A DNA stretch of 64,000 nucleotides from an uncultured Nitrososphaerota archaeon. Its GTDB lineage: Archaea; Thermoproteota; Nitrososphaeria; Nitrososphaerales; Gagatemarchaeaceae. Positions 28,964 to 38,715 of the stretch are shown here, piece after piece. The stretch's first letter is position 1. Each line of letters starts with the position of its first letter. Both the position numbers and the translations under genes were made by a program. The stretch is taken from contig CAVRAG010000008.1 in NCBI GenBank assembly GCA_963718895.1, positions 1,280,001 through 1,344,000 of the forward strand, written 5' to 3'. The notes beneath the pieces are model-generated. The model had not been told where the DNA came from, searched no databases, and worked only from the letters and a program-made list of their open reading frames with translations.

Positions 28964-29703
28964 GGAAGACGAAGCTCGCGAAGGCCTGGGTAGTCGCGAC
29001 GAACGACTTTGAGACGTTCAGGAGGAGGAAGTACACCCTCTACTCCCTGATCGGGCTTCCGTTCGTCCTCTCCTTTGGCCTACCGATTGTGGTCTGGCTC
29101 TGGCTGAAGAACGGCGAGATCCCGACCTCGGAGATCTCGGTCCTTCTGAACGCTTTCTCGTTCTTCTTCATAATCCTGGCGACGCTCCTCCCGACTGTGC
29201 TCGCGTCCTACAGCTTCCTCGGCGAGAAGCTCGAGAAGAGCCTCGAGCCGCTGCTCGCGACACCAATCACCGACGGCGAGCTGCTCCTGGGAAAGGGCCT
29301 CGCGGCGCTCCTGCCTTCTATCGGCGTGTCATACCTGGGCGCAGCGATATTCATGGGCTTCGTGGACGAGCTGACCAGCGGCCGCCTCGGCTACCTCTAC
29401 TTCCCGAACCAGACCATGGCGGTCATACTGCTGATTGCGGTCCCGCTGGCCTGCGTCTTCAGTGTCGAGGTGAACGTCGTCATAGCCTCTCTGGTCGGCG
29501 ACCTTCGGGCCGCCCAGCAGCTGGGAACCCTCGCCTCGGTGCCCTTCGGTGGAGTCTTCGTCCTGGCCGAAATCAACTTCACGTCTCTCAATCTCACCAG
29601 CCTCCTCACAATCTCGGTGCTCCTCCTGGCAATCGATGTGGTCCTGGTGCAGGTGTGCAAGACCACGTTCCGCAGGGAGGAGATTCTCACAAAGTGGAAG
29701 TGA
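28960..29703 (+). CDS. ABC-2 type permease
   Basis: GEKLEKSLEPLLATPITDGELLLGK motif, multiple TMs; frame extends upstream of the tracked ORF to ~28960 without an ATG. Confidence 0.88.
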   Translation: MRKTKLAKAWVVATNDFETFRRRKYTLYSLIGLPFVLSFGLPIVVWLWLKNGEIPTSEISVLLNAFSFFFIILATLLPTVLASYSFLGEKLEKSLEPLLATPITDGELLLGKGLAALLPSIGVSYLGAAIFMGFVDELTSGRLGYLYFPNQTMAVILLIAVPLACVFSVEVNVVIASLVGDLRAAQQLGTLASVPFGGVFVLAEINFTSLNLTSLLTISVLLLAIDVVLVQVCKTTFRREEILTKWK

Positions 29704-29811
29704 AGCAAGTCACCACGCCCTGAGTGGCGAGCTGCAGGGCCGCCGCGAAAGTGGTCTCTCGGGTCGCGAAGCAAGGAAAGCATTTCAAGGCTGGGACACG
29801 GGTTTCGGACG

Positions 29812-30810
29812 ATGGCCAGGCGAGAATTCGGCATCAATCTCCCCGTATCAGGGCGGTCTTACTCCCGGAAGGAGGTTGATCTGGATTTCAGAGTCCTCAG
29901 AGATATTGCGCTAGCGGCGGACCGGCATGGGTTCAGGACGATAGGCGTCCACGACCATCTTCTCAACCCGCAGGGTTCCTCGCCCGGGGGCAAGGAGATG
30001 CCCGAGAAGTTCAGGAACGGGATAGTCGAGGCATGGACGACCCTCTCCGCCCTTTCGACGATCACATCGAGGTCGAGGTTGACCAACGTCGTCCTTTGCA
30101 ACCTCTTCAGGCCTCCGGCGATGCTTGCGAAGATGGCATCGACTCTGGATCTCATCTCGGACGGCAGGGTGGACCTGGCGCTTGGGGCAGGGTGGTTCCG
30201 TGGCGAGTGCCTTGCCTACGGAATACCCTGGAAGCCTTACAAGACGAGGCTGGAGATGCTGAGGGAGAGCGTCCAGCTGATCAAGAGGCTCTGGACAGAA
30301 GATGAGGTGACGTTCATCGGGAAGCACTACCAGATCAGAAAGGGAATCCTAAGCCCGAAGCCCGTCCAGAAGCCGCATCCCCCCATCGTGATAGGAGGGG
30401 CTTCGGAGAACGCGATGAGAATCGCGGTCGAGGAAGCAGACGGCTGGGACGTCGATACCGGGCCGTGCACCTTCGAGCTGTTCCAGGAGAGGCACTCCCA
30501 GCTCGAGAGCTACTGCCGCGAGGTTGGTAGGGACGTGAAGTCCATCAGGGTATCAGTCAACGCGACGCCGATTCTCGCCAGGGACATCCCGGAGGCCAGG
30601 AAGCTTGCGACCATCTGGGCCGAGCGCATCGGCAAGGACCCGCAGGAGTACATATCGAACAAGTCCGTCTTCCTGGGGACGGCCGAGGACATAGCCGCGG
30701 CCGCAGAGAAGTGGTTCGAGTCGGGCGTGAATCAGGTCAACTTCCTGATGCCCCACGACGCGCTGTACGCGCAGACGCTCTGTGCGGAAATTGCCGCGCT
30801 CCCTCGCTGA
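29812..30810 (+). CDS. LLM-class (luciferase-like, probably F420-dependent) oxidoreductase
   Basis: HDH, EAWTTLSAL, RPPAMLAKMASTLD.IS.GR, PKPVQKPHPPI.IGG. Confidence 0.9.
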   Translation: MARREFGINLPVSGRSYSRKEVDLDFRVLRDIALAADRHGFRTIGVHDHLLNPQGSSPGGKEMPEKFRNGIVEAWTTLSALSTITSRSRLTNVVLCNLFRPPAMLAKMASTLDLISDGRVDLALGAGWFRGECLAYGIPWKPYKTRLEMLRESVQLIKRLWTEDEVTFIGKHYQIRKGILSPKPVQKPHPPIVIGGASENAMRIAVEEADGWDVDTGPCTFELFQERHSQLESYCREVGRDVKSIRVSVNATPILARDIPEARKLATIWAERIGKDPQEYISNKSVFLGTAEDIAAAAEKWFESGVNQVNFLMPHDALYAQTLCAEIAALPR

Positions 30811-31040
30811 ACCGTCTGATGTGACCATCGCTAGAATCCGCGAGGCCTTCCGCCGTCCAAGGGAATCAGGACGCGGTTGGGATCGTGATTAGCATCCATC
30901 GACAGGGCGAGTTCTGCTTTCATCGCGGTTCCGTGAGCCCCGCTGGTGGTCTCGGTACTGGTACTCCTACAGTTCAGGCAGATTATCCAAAGCTCGCAAT
31001 CGAGGGACTGCGAGACGGAGCTAACCCGTCGTGTCCGGAC

Positions 31041-32075
31041 TCAGCCGATGGTGATCGCGGTGACCTGGAGCACGTAACTGAAGGTCTCTGTCTGGCCGTT
31101 GTTGATGTCGCTGCCTGCGATGTTCTCGCTGGTCACGAGCGCGGTGTTCGACCCGTGGGGAGTTCCCACTGAGAACGAAAAGGTCGTCAGGGTCGTTGGG
31201 TTGCTGTTGCAGTAGGTCACGGTCTCCGGTAGGTTGTTGGCGGCATAGTTGGTGACGGACACCTGGGTCGATCCGATTGACACGGTCGACGTTCCGGTGG
31301 AGTGGAAGAAGCTCGTCGACGTGTATTCGGTGATCAGTGAGTCAGCCTGAATCTGCAGGGTAAACCCGGCGAACGCACCGACTAGTGCCCCCTGTGCCGA
31401 CGAACCAGTGATGTTGAATCCGGCGACGTCGATCGCCAGGGCAGTCCCGTCCTTAAGGAGCCACACAATCTCCGTGATATTCGTGCTCCCTTCGGAGAGG
31501 GCTATCGTGACCTTGTAGGTGGTGGAGCTCACGTAGTTGGTGGTGTAAGACTCGGTGATACTGTAGGTCGAAGGGGATGAGGACGAGGACCCAGAGGTCG
31601 AGCTGGACCCGCTGGCCTGGACTGTCATGGATGAGTAGGCCTTGAGCAGTGGTATCACGTTCTCTGTCGCCGTGGTGGATGTCGTGGACGTGGAACCAGT
31701 TGAGCAGGAAGTGGTAATCGTCGTTGTAGTGGTGGAGGCCGAAGAGGTCGTGGTCGAACTGGCGGTGGTCGTCTTTGAACTGGTGGTTGTGGTGGTCGAA
31801 GTGGTGCTAGTCGTTGGAGGAATCGTGGAAGTGGTGCTAGTCGTTGGAGGTGTGGTTGAGGTTGTGCTAGTCGTTGGAGGAACGGTAGCGGTAGTGCTAC
31901 TGGTCGTAGTTGTAGGCGGGACCGTACTGACTGAGGACGTTGTGGGTGGAAGACTCGACGATGGACTGGAAGAAGGCGTGAGCGCGACGTAAGCGGCCAC
32001 ACTGGCGACGGCCACAACTATCACAATAATAGCAGCAATGAGAATCGGCGCTATTGCATTCCTCTGTTTGCGCAT
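31041..32075 (-). CDS. Membrane-anchored Ser/Thr-rich surface protein
   Basis: RNAIAP.. class III-like signal with hydrophobic stretch, long Thr/Ser linker, globular C-terminal domain. Confidence 0.75.
   Translation of the reverse strand: MRKQRNAIAPILIAAIIVIVVAVASVAAYVALTPSSSPSSSLPPTTSSVSTVPPTTTTSSTTATVPPTTSTTSTTPPTTSTTSTIPPTTSTTSTTTTTSSKTTTASSTTTSSASTTTTTITTSCSTGSTSTTSTTATENVIPLLKAYSSMTVQASGSSSTSGSSSSSPSTYSITESYTTNYVSSTTYKVTIALSEGSTNITEIVWLLKDGTALAIDVAGFNITGSSAQGALVGAFAGFTLQIQADSLITEYTSTSFFHSTGTSTVSIGSTQVSVTNYAANNLPETVTYCNSNPTTLTTFSFSVGTPHGSNTALVTSENIAGSDINNGQTETFSYVLQVTAITIG
31798..31900. repeat. Coding tandem repeat, 30-nt unit (PPTTSTTS..)
   Basis: GTKGTGCTAGTCGTTGGAGG at 31801, 31831, 31861. 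Confidence 0.8.
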
Positions 32076-32333
32076 CTGGAGGTAGGTATCATAACGTATG
32101 TATTTAAAAATAATGGAGGAAAGTTAGGAATGTCCGCGGAAGCTGAGCGAATCTTTCGGTATCTTTCGTCTCCATTAGGACCCATTGGCGGGGATTCACG
32201 TCTGCAACGGTGGAGGAGGACGATTCAGCTTTGGTTTCGCTGCCTCGCCTCGCATCTAGTGTATGGGTCTGCCGCCCGTCGCGTCCACCTCACGAGGCAA
32301 GTCCAGATTCAGACCTCTCTTGCCGGCGTGGAC

Positions 32334-33977
32334 TTAGTCCATGCCGGGCATTCCGCCCTGGGGCATGGAAGGTCCCTTCTTTCGGCTCGGAATGACGTCG
32401 TCGATCCTTAGCAGCATGCAGGCGCACTCGGTCGCAGAGCTGATGATCTGCTGCTTGACACTCACGGGCTCTATGACCTCCTTCGCGAACATGTCGCGGA
32501 CACCGGTTCCGAGAACATCCACTCCAGACCATTTCTCTTCGTGGCCGTGTCTCTCCCTCAGTGCGACCTGGATGTCGAGCTGGTCGAACCCGGCGTTCGA
32601 CGCCAGCGCCAGGGGGATGGCCTCCAGAGCCTCGGCGTATCTCTCGGCCGCAAGCTGCTCCCTGCCTTCCAGCGACCTGGACCATTTCATCAGCCGATAG
32701 GACAGCTCTGCCTCAACCGCGCCGCCGCCCCCGACTATCCCGGGGTTCTCAAGGACGTCCTTTGTCACCATGATGGCGTCGTGCAGGGACCTCTCTACCT
32801 CGTCGACGACCCGCTGTGTCCCTCCTCTGACGAGGATCGTGACAGCCTTAGGATTCTTGCAGCGCTCGACGTAGGTCCACTTGTCGTCCTCGATCTTGCG
32901 CTCCTCCACGAGACCCGCCAGCCCGAGGTCCTTCTTGGTGATGTCGTCGAGTCCGGAGACGATCCTGGCTCCGGTTGCTTTCGTGAGCCTGGTCATGTCG
33001 CTCTCTTTGACCCTCTTCAGAGTCAGTACGCCGGCCCTAGAGAGGTAGTACTGTGCCATGTCGTCGACTCCCTTCTGGCAGATGAGGACGTTGGCTCCCA
33101 CTTCTGAGATCTTCTCCGCCATCCGCTTCAGCATCTCCGTCTCTCCGTCGAGGAACTCCCGAATCTGGGCGGGATTGGTGATGTTGAGCTTTGAGTCGAA
33201 CTCCGTCTTCTCGATCTCAAGGGCGGAGCTTACAAGCGCGATTCGCGCTCCTTCGATTCTCTTCGGCATCCCGGAGTGGCTGACCTCCTTCTCGAGAGCT
33301 ATCCCCATCACGAGGCGCGTGTCTGTGATGGAACCGCCGACCTTCTTCTCGAGCTTCAGGTTCTCCAGGTCGACCCTGAAGTTCCCGTCGCCCGCGTCCT
33401 CAGCGACGTGGAGGAGCCCATCGACTACGACCTTCCCAAGCACCAGGCTGTCGTTCGAGATCAGCTTGGAGGCCATGCTCGTCCTGGCGATTCGGATGAG
33501 GGTGGTTCTGTCAGTCGGCGTAACGCTGACCGCTATCTTGTCCAAGATTACCTGAGCCTGGTGGGCCGCCTTGCGGTAGCCATTGACAATCACCATTGGG
33601 TGGACGCCCATCTCGATGAGCTCCTCCGCCTTGGCGAGAAGCGCGCCCGCGAAGACAACCGACGACGTCGTCCCGTCGCCGACTTCATCATCCACCGTCT
33701 TTGCTACCTCGATAATCATCTTTGCGGCAGGATGCTGGACATCCATGTCCTTGAGCATGGTCGCGCCGTCGTTGGTTATCGTGACGTCTCCGATCCCATC
33801 GACGAGCATCTTGTCCATCCCCCGCGGACCGAGCGACGTTCTGACGATCTCAGCGATCAACTTGGCCGCAGAGATGTTGTTACTCTGGGCTCTCCTCGCC
33901 CGGTTGCTCGCGCCCCCCTGTCTCACAACGAGGACCTGCTCTCCGCGCGAGCTTGTTACGTATGACGCCTCAGACAC
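32334..33977 (-). CDS. Thermosome (group II chaperonin) subunit, divergent paralog
   Basis: SLGPRGMDKM, TNDGAT, GDGTT, GGGA.E, short GGMPGM tail. Confidence 0.95.
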   Translation of the reverse strand: MSEASYVTSSRGEQVLVVRQGGASNRARRAQSNNISAAKLIAEIVRTSLGPRGMDKMLVDGIGDVTITNDGATMLKDMDVQHPAAKMIIEVAKTVDDEVGDGTTSSVVFAGALLAKAEELIEMGVHPMVIVNGYRKAAHQAQVILDKIAVSVTPTDRTTLIRIARTSMASKLISNDSLVLGKVVVDGLLHVAEDAGDGNFRVDLENLKLEKKVGGSITDTRLVMGIALEKEVSHSGMPKRIEGARIALVSSALEIEKTEFDSKLNITNPAQIREFLDGETEMLKRMAEKISEVGANVLICQKGVDDMAQYYLSRAGVLTLKRVKESDMTRLTKATGARIVSGLDDITKKDLGLAGLVEERKIEDDKWTYVERCKNPKAVTILVRGGTQRVVDEVERSLHDAIMVTKDVLENPGIVGGGGAVEAELSYRLMKWSRSLEGREQLAAERYAEALEAIPLALASNAGFDQLDIQVALRERHGHEEKWSGVDVLGTGVRDMFAKEVIEPVSVKQQIISSATECACMLLRIDDVIPSRKKGPSMPQGGMPGMD

Positions 33978-34098
33978 TCAATTCACCGAAGGCCTGCTGC
34001 AGAGCGCGAGTACCGAGGGTTGAGCTTGGAGGTGCGAAGCGACTGGCTGTCTGTTCTGAAGTTCATTTAGTATGAAATTCAAACGTTTTCCCAATTTT

Positions 34099-34112
34099 GT
34101 AATATCTATTAC
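34099..34112. promoter_or_regulatory. Palindrome GTAATA-TC-TATTAC in an AT-rich divergent promoter region
   Basis: Perfect 6-2-6 inverted repeat between the thermosome paralog and the ACT-domain gene; additional TATTAC half-site near 34148. Confidence 0.4.
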
Positions 34113-34180
34113 TGGCTATATACGTCTATCTGTCCATAACAGTTAAGTATTACAGACACTCCACTTTTGAAGGGCAGAAG

Positions 34181-34969
34181 ATGACGCGAAACTATCAGTC
34201 CATACCGACTGTGGTGGAATCCATAATCACACGGGACCTAGCGCTTTACGAATGCTTCAGGCGCAAGCTTGTGAACTACCACGCGGTTGCTGGGAGCATC
34301 AAGCCCGAGGTTGAGAAACTTGCCGGAAAGACTACGACCATAAACACCATCGTAGTCGCCATCACCAGGTTCTCTGAGACGGTTGAAAGGACGGCCGGTG
34401 AAAAACCGATCCATGCTCTCGGAAGCGCGCGGATATCCCTGGCGAGCGACGTCGTTGACGTGACCATCATGGCCAGAAAGACCGAGCAGTACGAGATTGC
34501 AAAGCGAATAGGCGAGCTCTCCCCCAGTCTCAGCGAGCCCGTCAGGATGTTTCAACTCTCGAATTCAATCAAGCTGATTGCTGACGAGAGGGAGTACGAT
34601 TCTCTGATCAGAGCGTCGCTCGAGAAGTTCGAGATCACCAAGGAGACGACGGCACTGTCGAGGCTAGACATCCGCCTACCGCCTGCGGCCGAAGTCTCTC
34701 CCGAGTTCGGGTTGTTCCTCACCGAGCTCCTCTACAGGAATGGGATCAAGATTCGACAGACGTACATCGGAGAGGAGACCGTCCTGATCATGAGCAGGGC
34801 CGATGGTCCCCGTGCCTATGAGGTCCTGCAGGCGGAGATCGACGAGAGTAGAGCTGCATCAGAGCAAACTAGGAGCCAGTCAGGGAAGAAGAGTGGGGTC
34901 GGGATCGCCGAGCTATTGACCGACGAGCTCAAGGGAACCTTCAACACGCAATCAATAGGCAGGGACTAG
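34181..34969 (+). CDS. Archaeal ACT-domain-containing putative regulator
   Basis: N-terminal VVE.II.RD....C....LVNY.A.A..I pattern and a C-terminal ACT-like region. Confidence 0.65.
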   Translation: MTRNYQSIPTVVESIITRDLALYECFRRKLVNYHAVAGSIKPEVEKLAGKTTTINTIVVAITRFSETVERTAGEKPIHALGSARISLASDVVDVTIMARKTEQYEIAKRIGELSPSLSEPVRMFQLSNSIKLIADEREYDSLIRASLEKFEITKETTALSRLDIRLPPAAEVSPEFGLFLTELLYRNGIKIRQTYIGEETVLIMSRADGPRAYEVLQAEIDESRAASEQTRSQSGKKSGVGIAELLTDELKGTFNTQSIGRD

Positions 34970-34972
34970 TCC

Positions 34973-35614
34973 TCACTCATTTCCTTCCATCTGAGGAGGG
35001 GGAGCTCTCGATGACACGATGCTCAGGTCCTGGATCCTCTTCTGTAGCGAACGCTTGATGCTGTCTCTCCATTCCCCGTCCGTGATCGAGTACATCATGC
35101 TGTCGCCCGTAGTGCCGTCCTGGCGGATTCGGTGGTTTCTCAGCCGTCCCTCGAACTTGGCGCCGAGCTTGAGGATCGCGTTCTGGGAATGAACGTTGTT
35201 GTTGTCGGTCTTCAGCTGCACCCGCACGGCGTTCCAATCCTCGAAGGCGTGTCTCAGGAGGAGGAACTTGGATTCTGGGTTGACAACCGTCCCCCACACC
35301 CTCGAGGTGTACCACGTCCCGCCTATCTCGACGCCCCTCTGAAGAGGGCGGACGTCCATGTACTTCGTGCTTCCGAGGACCTTGTGGTCCTCCTTTCTGA
35401 AGACCGTGAACGGGTATTCGGTCCCGCGTTCCTCGGCCTTCAGAGTCGCCGCAATCCACTCTGCCATTGTCTCCTTCGTCCTTGCGTCCAGCGACATCCA
35501 CGACCAGTCGGAGTCCTGCGCTGCCGAGAGAAGTTCGCTCGCATGCGAAGGGCGCAGGGGTTCGAGGCGGACGTGGTCTCCTTCAAGGACACATGGCCCG
35601 AGCGCGGGTGACAA
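34973..35614 (-). CDS. GNAT N-acetyltransferase (RimJ/RimL-like)
   Basis: VRLEPL, EIGGTW, VNPESK.LLL.HAFE, SQNAILKLGA.FEG. Confidence 0.9.
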   Translation of the reverse strand: MSPALGPCVLEGDHVRLEPLRPSHASELLSAAQDSDWSWMSLDARTKETMAEWIAATLKAEERGTEYPFTVFRKEDHKVLGSTKYMDVRPLQRGVEIGGTWYTSRVWGTVVNPESKFLLLRHAFEDWNAVRVQLKTDNNNVHSQNAILKLGAKFEGRLRNHRIRQDGTTGDSMMYSITDGEWRDSIKRSLQKRIQDLSIVSSRAPPPQMEGNE

Positions 35615-35685
35615 TCGGATGCCCTGGTCGACCCTGGCTCAGATAAAGATGTGGACCCGGCGGACCCTGTGCGTAGGGTTCGACA

Positions 35686-36069
35686 CTACGTCTCTATCAG
35701 TTCAAGCCAGATCCCGTTCGGGTCCTTGATGAACGCGATCCGGCTGGACCCCAGGGAGTAGGGCTCCTTGGCGATCTCGACGGCCTCCCTGCGCATGGTC
35801 TCAATGGCAGCCTGGACGTCCTTCACTCCGAAGGCGATGTGGTCGAGCTGGTCTCCCTCGGCGTAGTCCTTCTTGTCCTTCCACCAGGTCAGCTCTATCC
35901 TGTGGTTCGTGCCCTCGGCCTCTAGGAAGGCGATCTCGGCGTTGTTCTGCTTGATCTCCCTGCGGCTGGCGAGGGTCATACCAAGCTTCTTGGTGTAGAA
36001 CGATATGCTTTCGTCCATGTCCTTGACAGTTATCGACGTGTGGAGCAGCTGCATGCGATACAGGTCCAT
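35686..36069 (-). CDS. VOC family / lactoylglutathione lyase-like protein
   Basis: HTSITVKD..ESI.FY, HIAFGV, FIKDPNG..LELI. Confidence 0.9.
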   Translation of the reverse strand: MDLYRMQLLHTSITVKDMDESISFYTKKLGMTLASRREIKQNNAEIAFLEAEGTNHRIELTWWKDKKDYAEGDQLDHIAFGVKDVQAAIETMRREAVEIAKEPYSLGSSRIAFIKDPNGIWLELIET

Positions 36070-36156
36070 CGTCGACGTATAAAATCAATGCACGCTGTCT
36101 TTGAGGTCGCGAATCGGATGTCCTGGCTAAATAACTGCAGATGACTGGAGGCGCGC

Positions 36157-37335
36157 ATGGGAAGCCGATATGCAGCCCTCCTCGCGGTCTCCCTTCCGTC
36201 CTTTGTCTACGGGCTGTTCAGGTTCTCGATCGGCATCCTCGTCCCCAAGATCGAGGGCGCCTACGGCATCAACGACTCGGTGATGGGCGCAATCGTGTCG
36301 GTCTCGGTCGGGGTGGTGGGGATTGGCGTCTTCGCGTCGGGCAACATCGCGGGAAGGTACGGCAACAGGACGACCATCGTCCTCGGATTGCTCCTCTTCT
36401 CGCTCTCCCTGGGGATCATGGCTGCAGGGGTCAGCCTGACCGCGTTTTCCGCACTCTTTCTCCTGGCCTCGTTCGGCTCGGGCCTGATCATCCCCACGAG
36501 CTTCGCAGTCGTGGCCTCGATACTCCCGCAGAGGAGAGGGATAGGCGCGGCCCTCGTCACCTCAGCGTACAACGTGGGGGGGCTCGTGGGACCGGCCATC
36601 GTCGGCTATCTTCTCTTGTACTACGTCTGGAACCTCTCATTTCTGATAATCCCCGCGGCCGGCTTCGCCGCAGTCGTGATGTTCCTCGCTGCCATACCGG
36701 GCACGGCCGGCAACACTCCCCCTGGACCGAAGGGTCAGTTCAGGCGTCTTCTGGGCAACAGGTCCGTTCTGCTCCTGGCGACCGGGGGGTTCCTCGGTGA
36801 CGCCGCCTTCGTGACCTACCTGTCATGGACGCCGAAGTTCCTGCTTACGTCCTTCGAGGTCTCCGGCAGCACCACGGCGCTGGTCGACCTCCTCTTCGGC
36901 GTCGGCATCGGGCTGGGCGGACTCGGGATATTCGTCTCGGGATTCCTCTACGATAGGATAGGGGGGAGGACGAGCGCCATCATTGGCGGAGTCGCGGCCA
37001 CCGGGGCGACGCTGGGAGTGTATCTCTCAAGCTCCCTGCTGATGGCCATGGCGCTCGTCATAACAGGGAGCTTCTTCTTCAACTGGTTCTGGTCTCTGCT
37101 GACCCTCATGTCCCAGACCAGCGTTCCCAAAGAGAGCCGGTCGGCTTCGACCAGCCTCGTCCAGACCTCGGCATTCCTGGGGGCGTTCGTGGGACCGGGA
37201 CTCGTCGGGATCCTGGGAGGAGCCGAGACAGTTCCCCTGTTGATCGCCGTCGTCGTCCCCAATGCCCTCTACACCGTGGTCATGGTCTTCTTCTACAAGG
37301 AGAAGACCTCCGGCACCTCCGTCGACTCCGGCTAG
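36157..37335 (+). CDS. MFS transporter
   Basis: About 12 TMs, G.IAGRYGNR and G.LYDRIGGR loop motifs. Confidence 0.9.
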   Translation: MGSRYAALLAVSLPSFVYGLFRFSIGILVPKIEGAYGINDSVMGAIVSVSVGVVGIGVFASGNIAGRYGNRTTIVLGLLLFSLSLGIMAAGVSLTAFSALFLLASFGSGLIIPTSFAVVASILPQRRGIGAALVTSAYNVGGLVGPAIVGYLLLYYVWNLSFLIIPAAGFAAVVMFLAAIPGTAGNTPPGPKGQFRRLLGNRSVLLLATGGFLGDAAFVTYLSWTPKFLLTSFEVSGSTTALVDLLFGVGIGLGGLGIFVSGFLYDRIGGRTSAIIGGVAATGATLGVYLSSSLLMAMALVITGSFFFNWFWSLLTLMSQTSVPKESRSASTSLVQTSAFLGAFVGPGLVGILGGAETVPLLIAVVVPNALYTVVMVFFYKEKTSGTSVDSG

Positions 37336-37337
37336 AA

Positions 37338-38279
37338 TCATTCGGGGAAGATGTCGTTGGAGATGAGGGTCCCGACGACCCAGTTGGGTCGATCAACTAT
37401 CTCGTGGATCCTGACGTCGGCTGCGACGCTGCAGAGCACGTACGCCTCGTCAGGGGTAAGGTAGTGGGTCCTCGTCAGGTAGCGAATCATGTTCCGGACT
37501 GACTCTTTCGTCGCATCCATCAAGCGGGGTCCGATGCCGGTGGCCGCGCAGTAGCCCCTCTTGGACCTCCAATCTCCCGGAGTAAAGAATTCCGGATAGG
37601 TCAGCCCGGCCCTCTTCTCTATCCCGAACCGGATTGTGGCGGTTCCGGCGCATTCGATGGCAGTGCCACAGACCTCAGCATCGCCCATGGCGGCGTGCAC
37701 GTCCCCGGTCGAGAAGAGCGCGCCGTCCACCCACACGGGAATCTTGACCCAGGTTCCTGCCGTAAGATGCCTGATGTCCATGTTGCCGCCGTGCCTTCCA
37801 GGAGGGCCGACCTCGGAGAAGCCCTTCGCCCGCGGGGCCACCCCCAGGACCCCGCAGAACGGCTTGAGAGGTATCCTGATCCCCTTCTCGAAGGCGGCCA
37901 GTTTCTTGTTCTTCAGGTCCCACTTGTAGAGAAACGGCCTCTTGAACTCGTCGAGCAGACCAAACCCAGGCTGGATGTACGACCAGCCGAAGTCTGCCAC
38001 TTTGACATCGAGCACTTCGACCATCAGGGCGTCGCCGGGCTCCGCCTCTTCGATGAAGACCGGGCCAGCCAGAGGGTACAGCTTCTCCGGGTCGACGCGA
38101 AGCACGTCCTCTGAAGTCGAGTCCTTGTTCAGCTGCCAGCTCCCCACGTCGTTTATCTCGAAGGTTACGGTATCGCCCGCCTTCACCGAGAGCACAGGCT
38201 TGTGAGACCGCGACCACTTGTAGTGGAAGGTCTCCAGCGGCACGCGGTAGTGACGGGGCAGCCCTGTCACCTCACCCAT
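37338..38279 (-). CDS. Acetamidase/formamidase family protein
   Basis: PLAGPVFIE.AEPGD, GGNMD, GALFSTGDVHAAMGDAEVCGTAIE. Confidence 0.92.
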   Translation of the reverse strand: MGEVTGLPRHYRVPLETFHYKWSRSHKPVLSVKAGDTVTFEINDVGSWQLNKDSTSEDVLRVDPEKLYPLAGPVFIEEAEPGDALMVEVLDVKVADFGWSYIQPGFGLLDEFKRPFLYKWDLKNKKLAAFEKGIRIPLKPFCGVLGVAPRAKGFSEVGPPGRHGGNMDIRHLTAGTWVKIPVWVDGALFSTGDVHAAMGDAEVCGTAIECAGTATIRFGIEKRAGLTYPEFFTPGDWRSKRGYCAATGIGPRLMDATKESVRNMIRYLTRTHYLTPDEAYVLCSVAADVRIHEIVDRPNWVVGTLISNDIFPE

Positions 38280-38505
38280 CGGCTTGGAGTCGGCATGTAG
38301 GCGTCCCACGCTCCCGCATCTCTCTTCTCCCACTCGCCCTTCCGGCGAATGGCCATCGCGCAGCAAGCAGGGCCGCGAGTCTGCGGCGCATTCCTGGTCT
38401 CTGCCGAGTTCTCCCTCAAGACTCACCTGTGGCGACCGCGAAACTCTTTAAGCTTTGGCGGAAAGAAATTCTTAAGTGAGGTCGGCTTGGAGCTTGCACT
38501 GCGGT

Positions 38506-38644
38506 GCCAGGGTAGCTCAGAAGCGCCAATCTCGCTGGGAAACCTGGGAGAGAGAACAGCCTCTAACACTCGGCTGAAGACCGAGAGCAATTATCGCGTG
38601 ATGATTGCCGGGAGCTGTCGTCGGTTCAAATCCGGCCCCTGGCA
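38506..38644 (+). tRNA. tRNA-Phe(GAA) with three non-canonical introns (15/16 at 38521-38542; 24/25 at ~38553-38566; 43/44 at 38586-38614)
   Basis: Removing the three BHB-like inserts gives GCCAGGGTAGCTCAGCCTGGGAGAGCACTCGGCTGAAGACCGAGCTGTCGTCGGTTCAAATCCGGCCCCTGGCA, a canonical cloverleaf. Confidence 0.9.
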
Positions 38645-38715
38645 TCCCCCGCCTCTCCTTGTCGCGCCGAATGTGGGGGATCTCGGTCGGAGGTCCCCCA
38701 GGATTGTGAAACCAA

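Noticed and set aside
31798-31900. 30-nt repeats as CRISPR or a non-coding repeat
   Set aside because: In-frame coding repeats of a Thr/Ser linker with no unique spacers.
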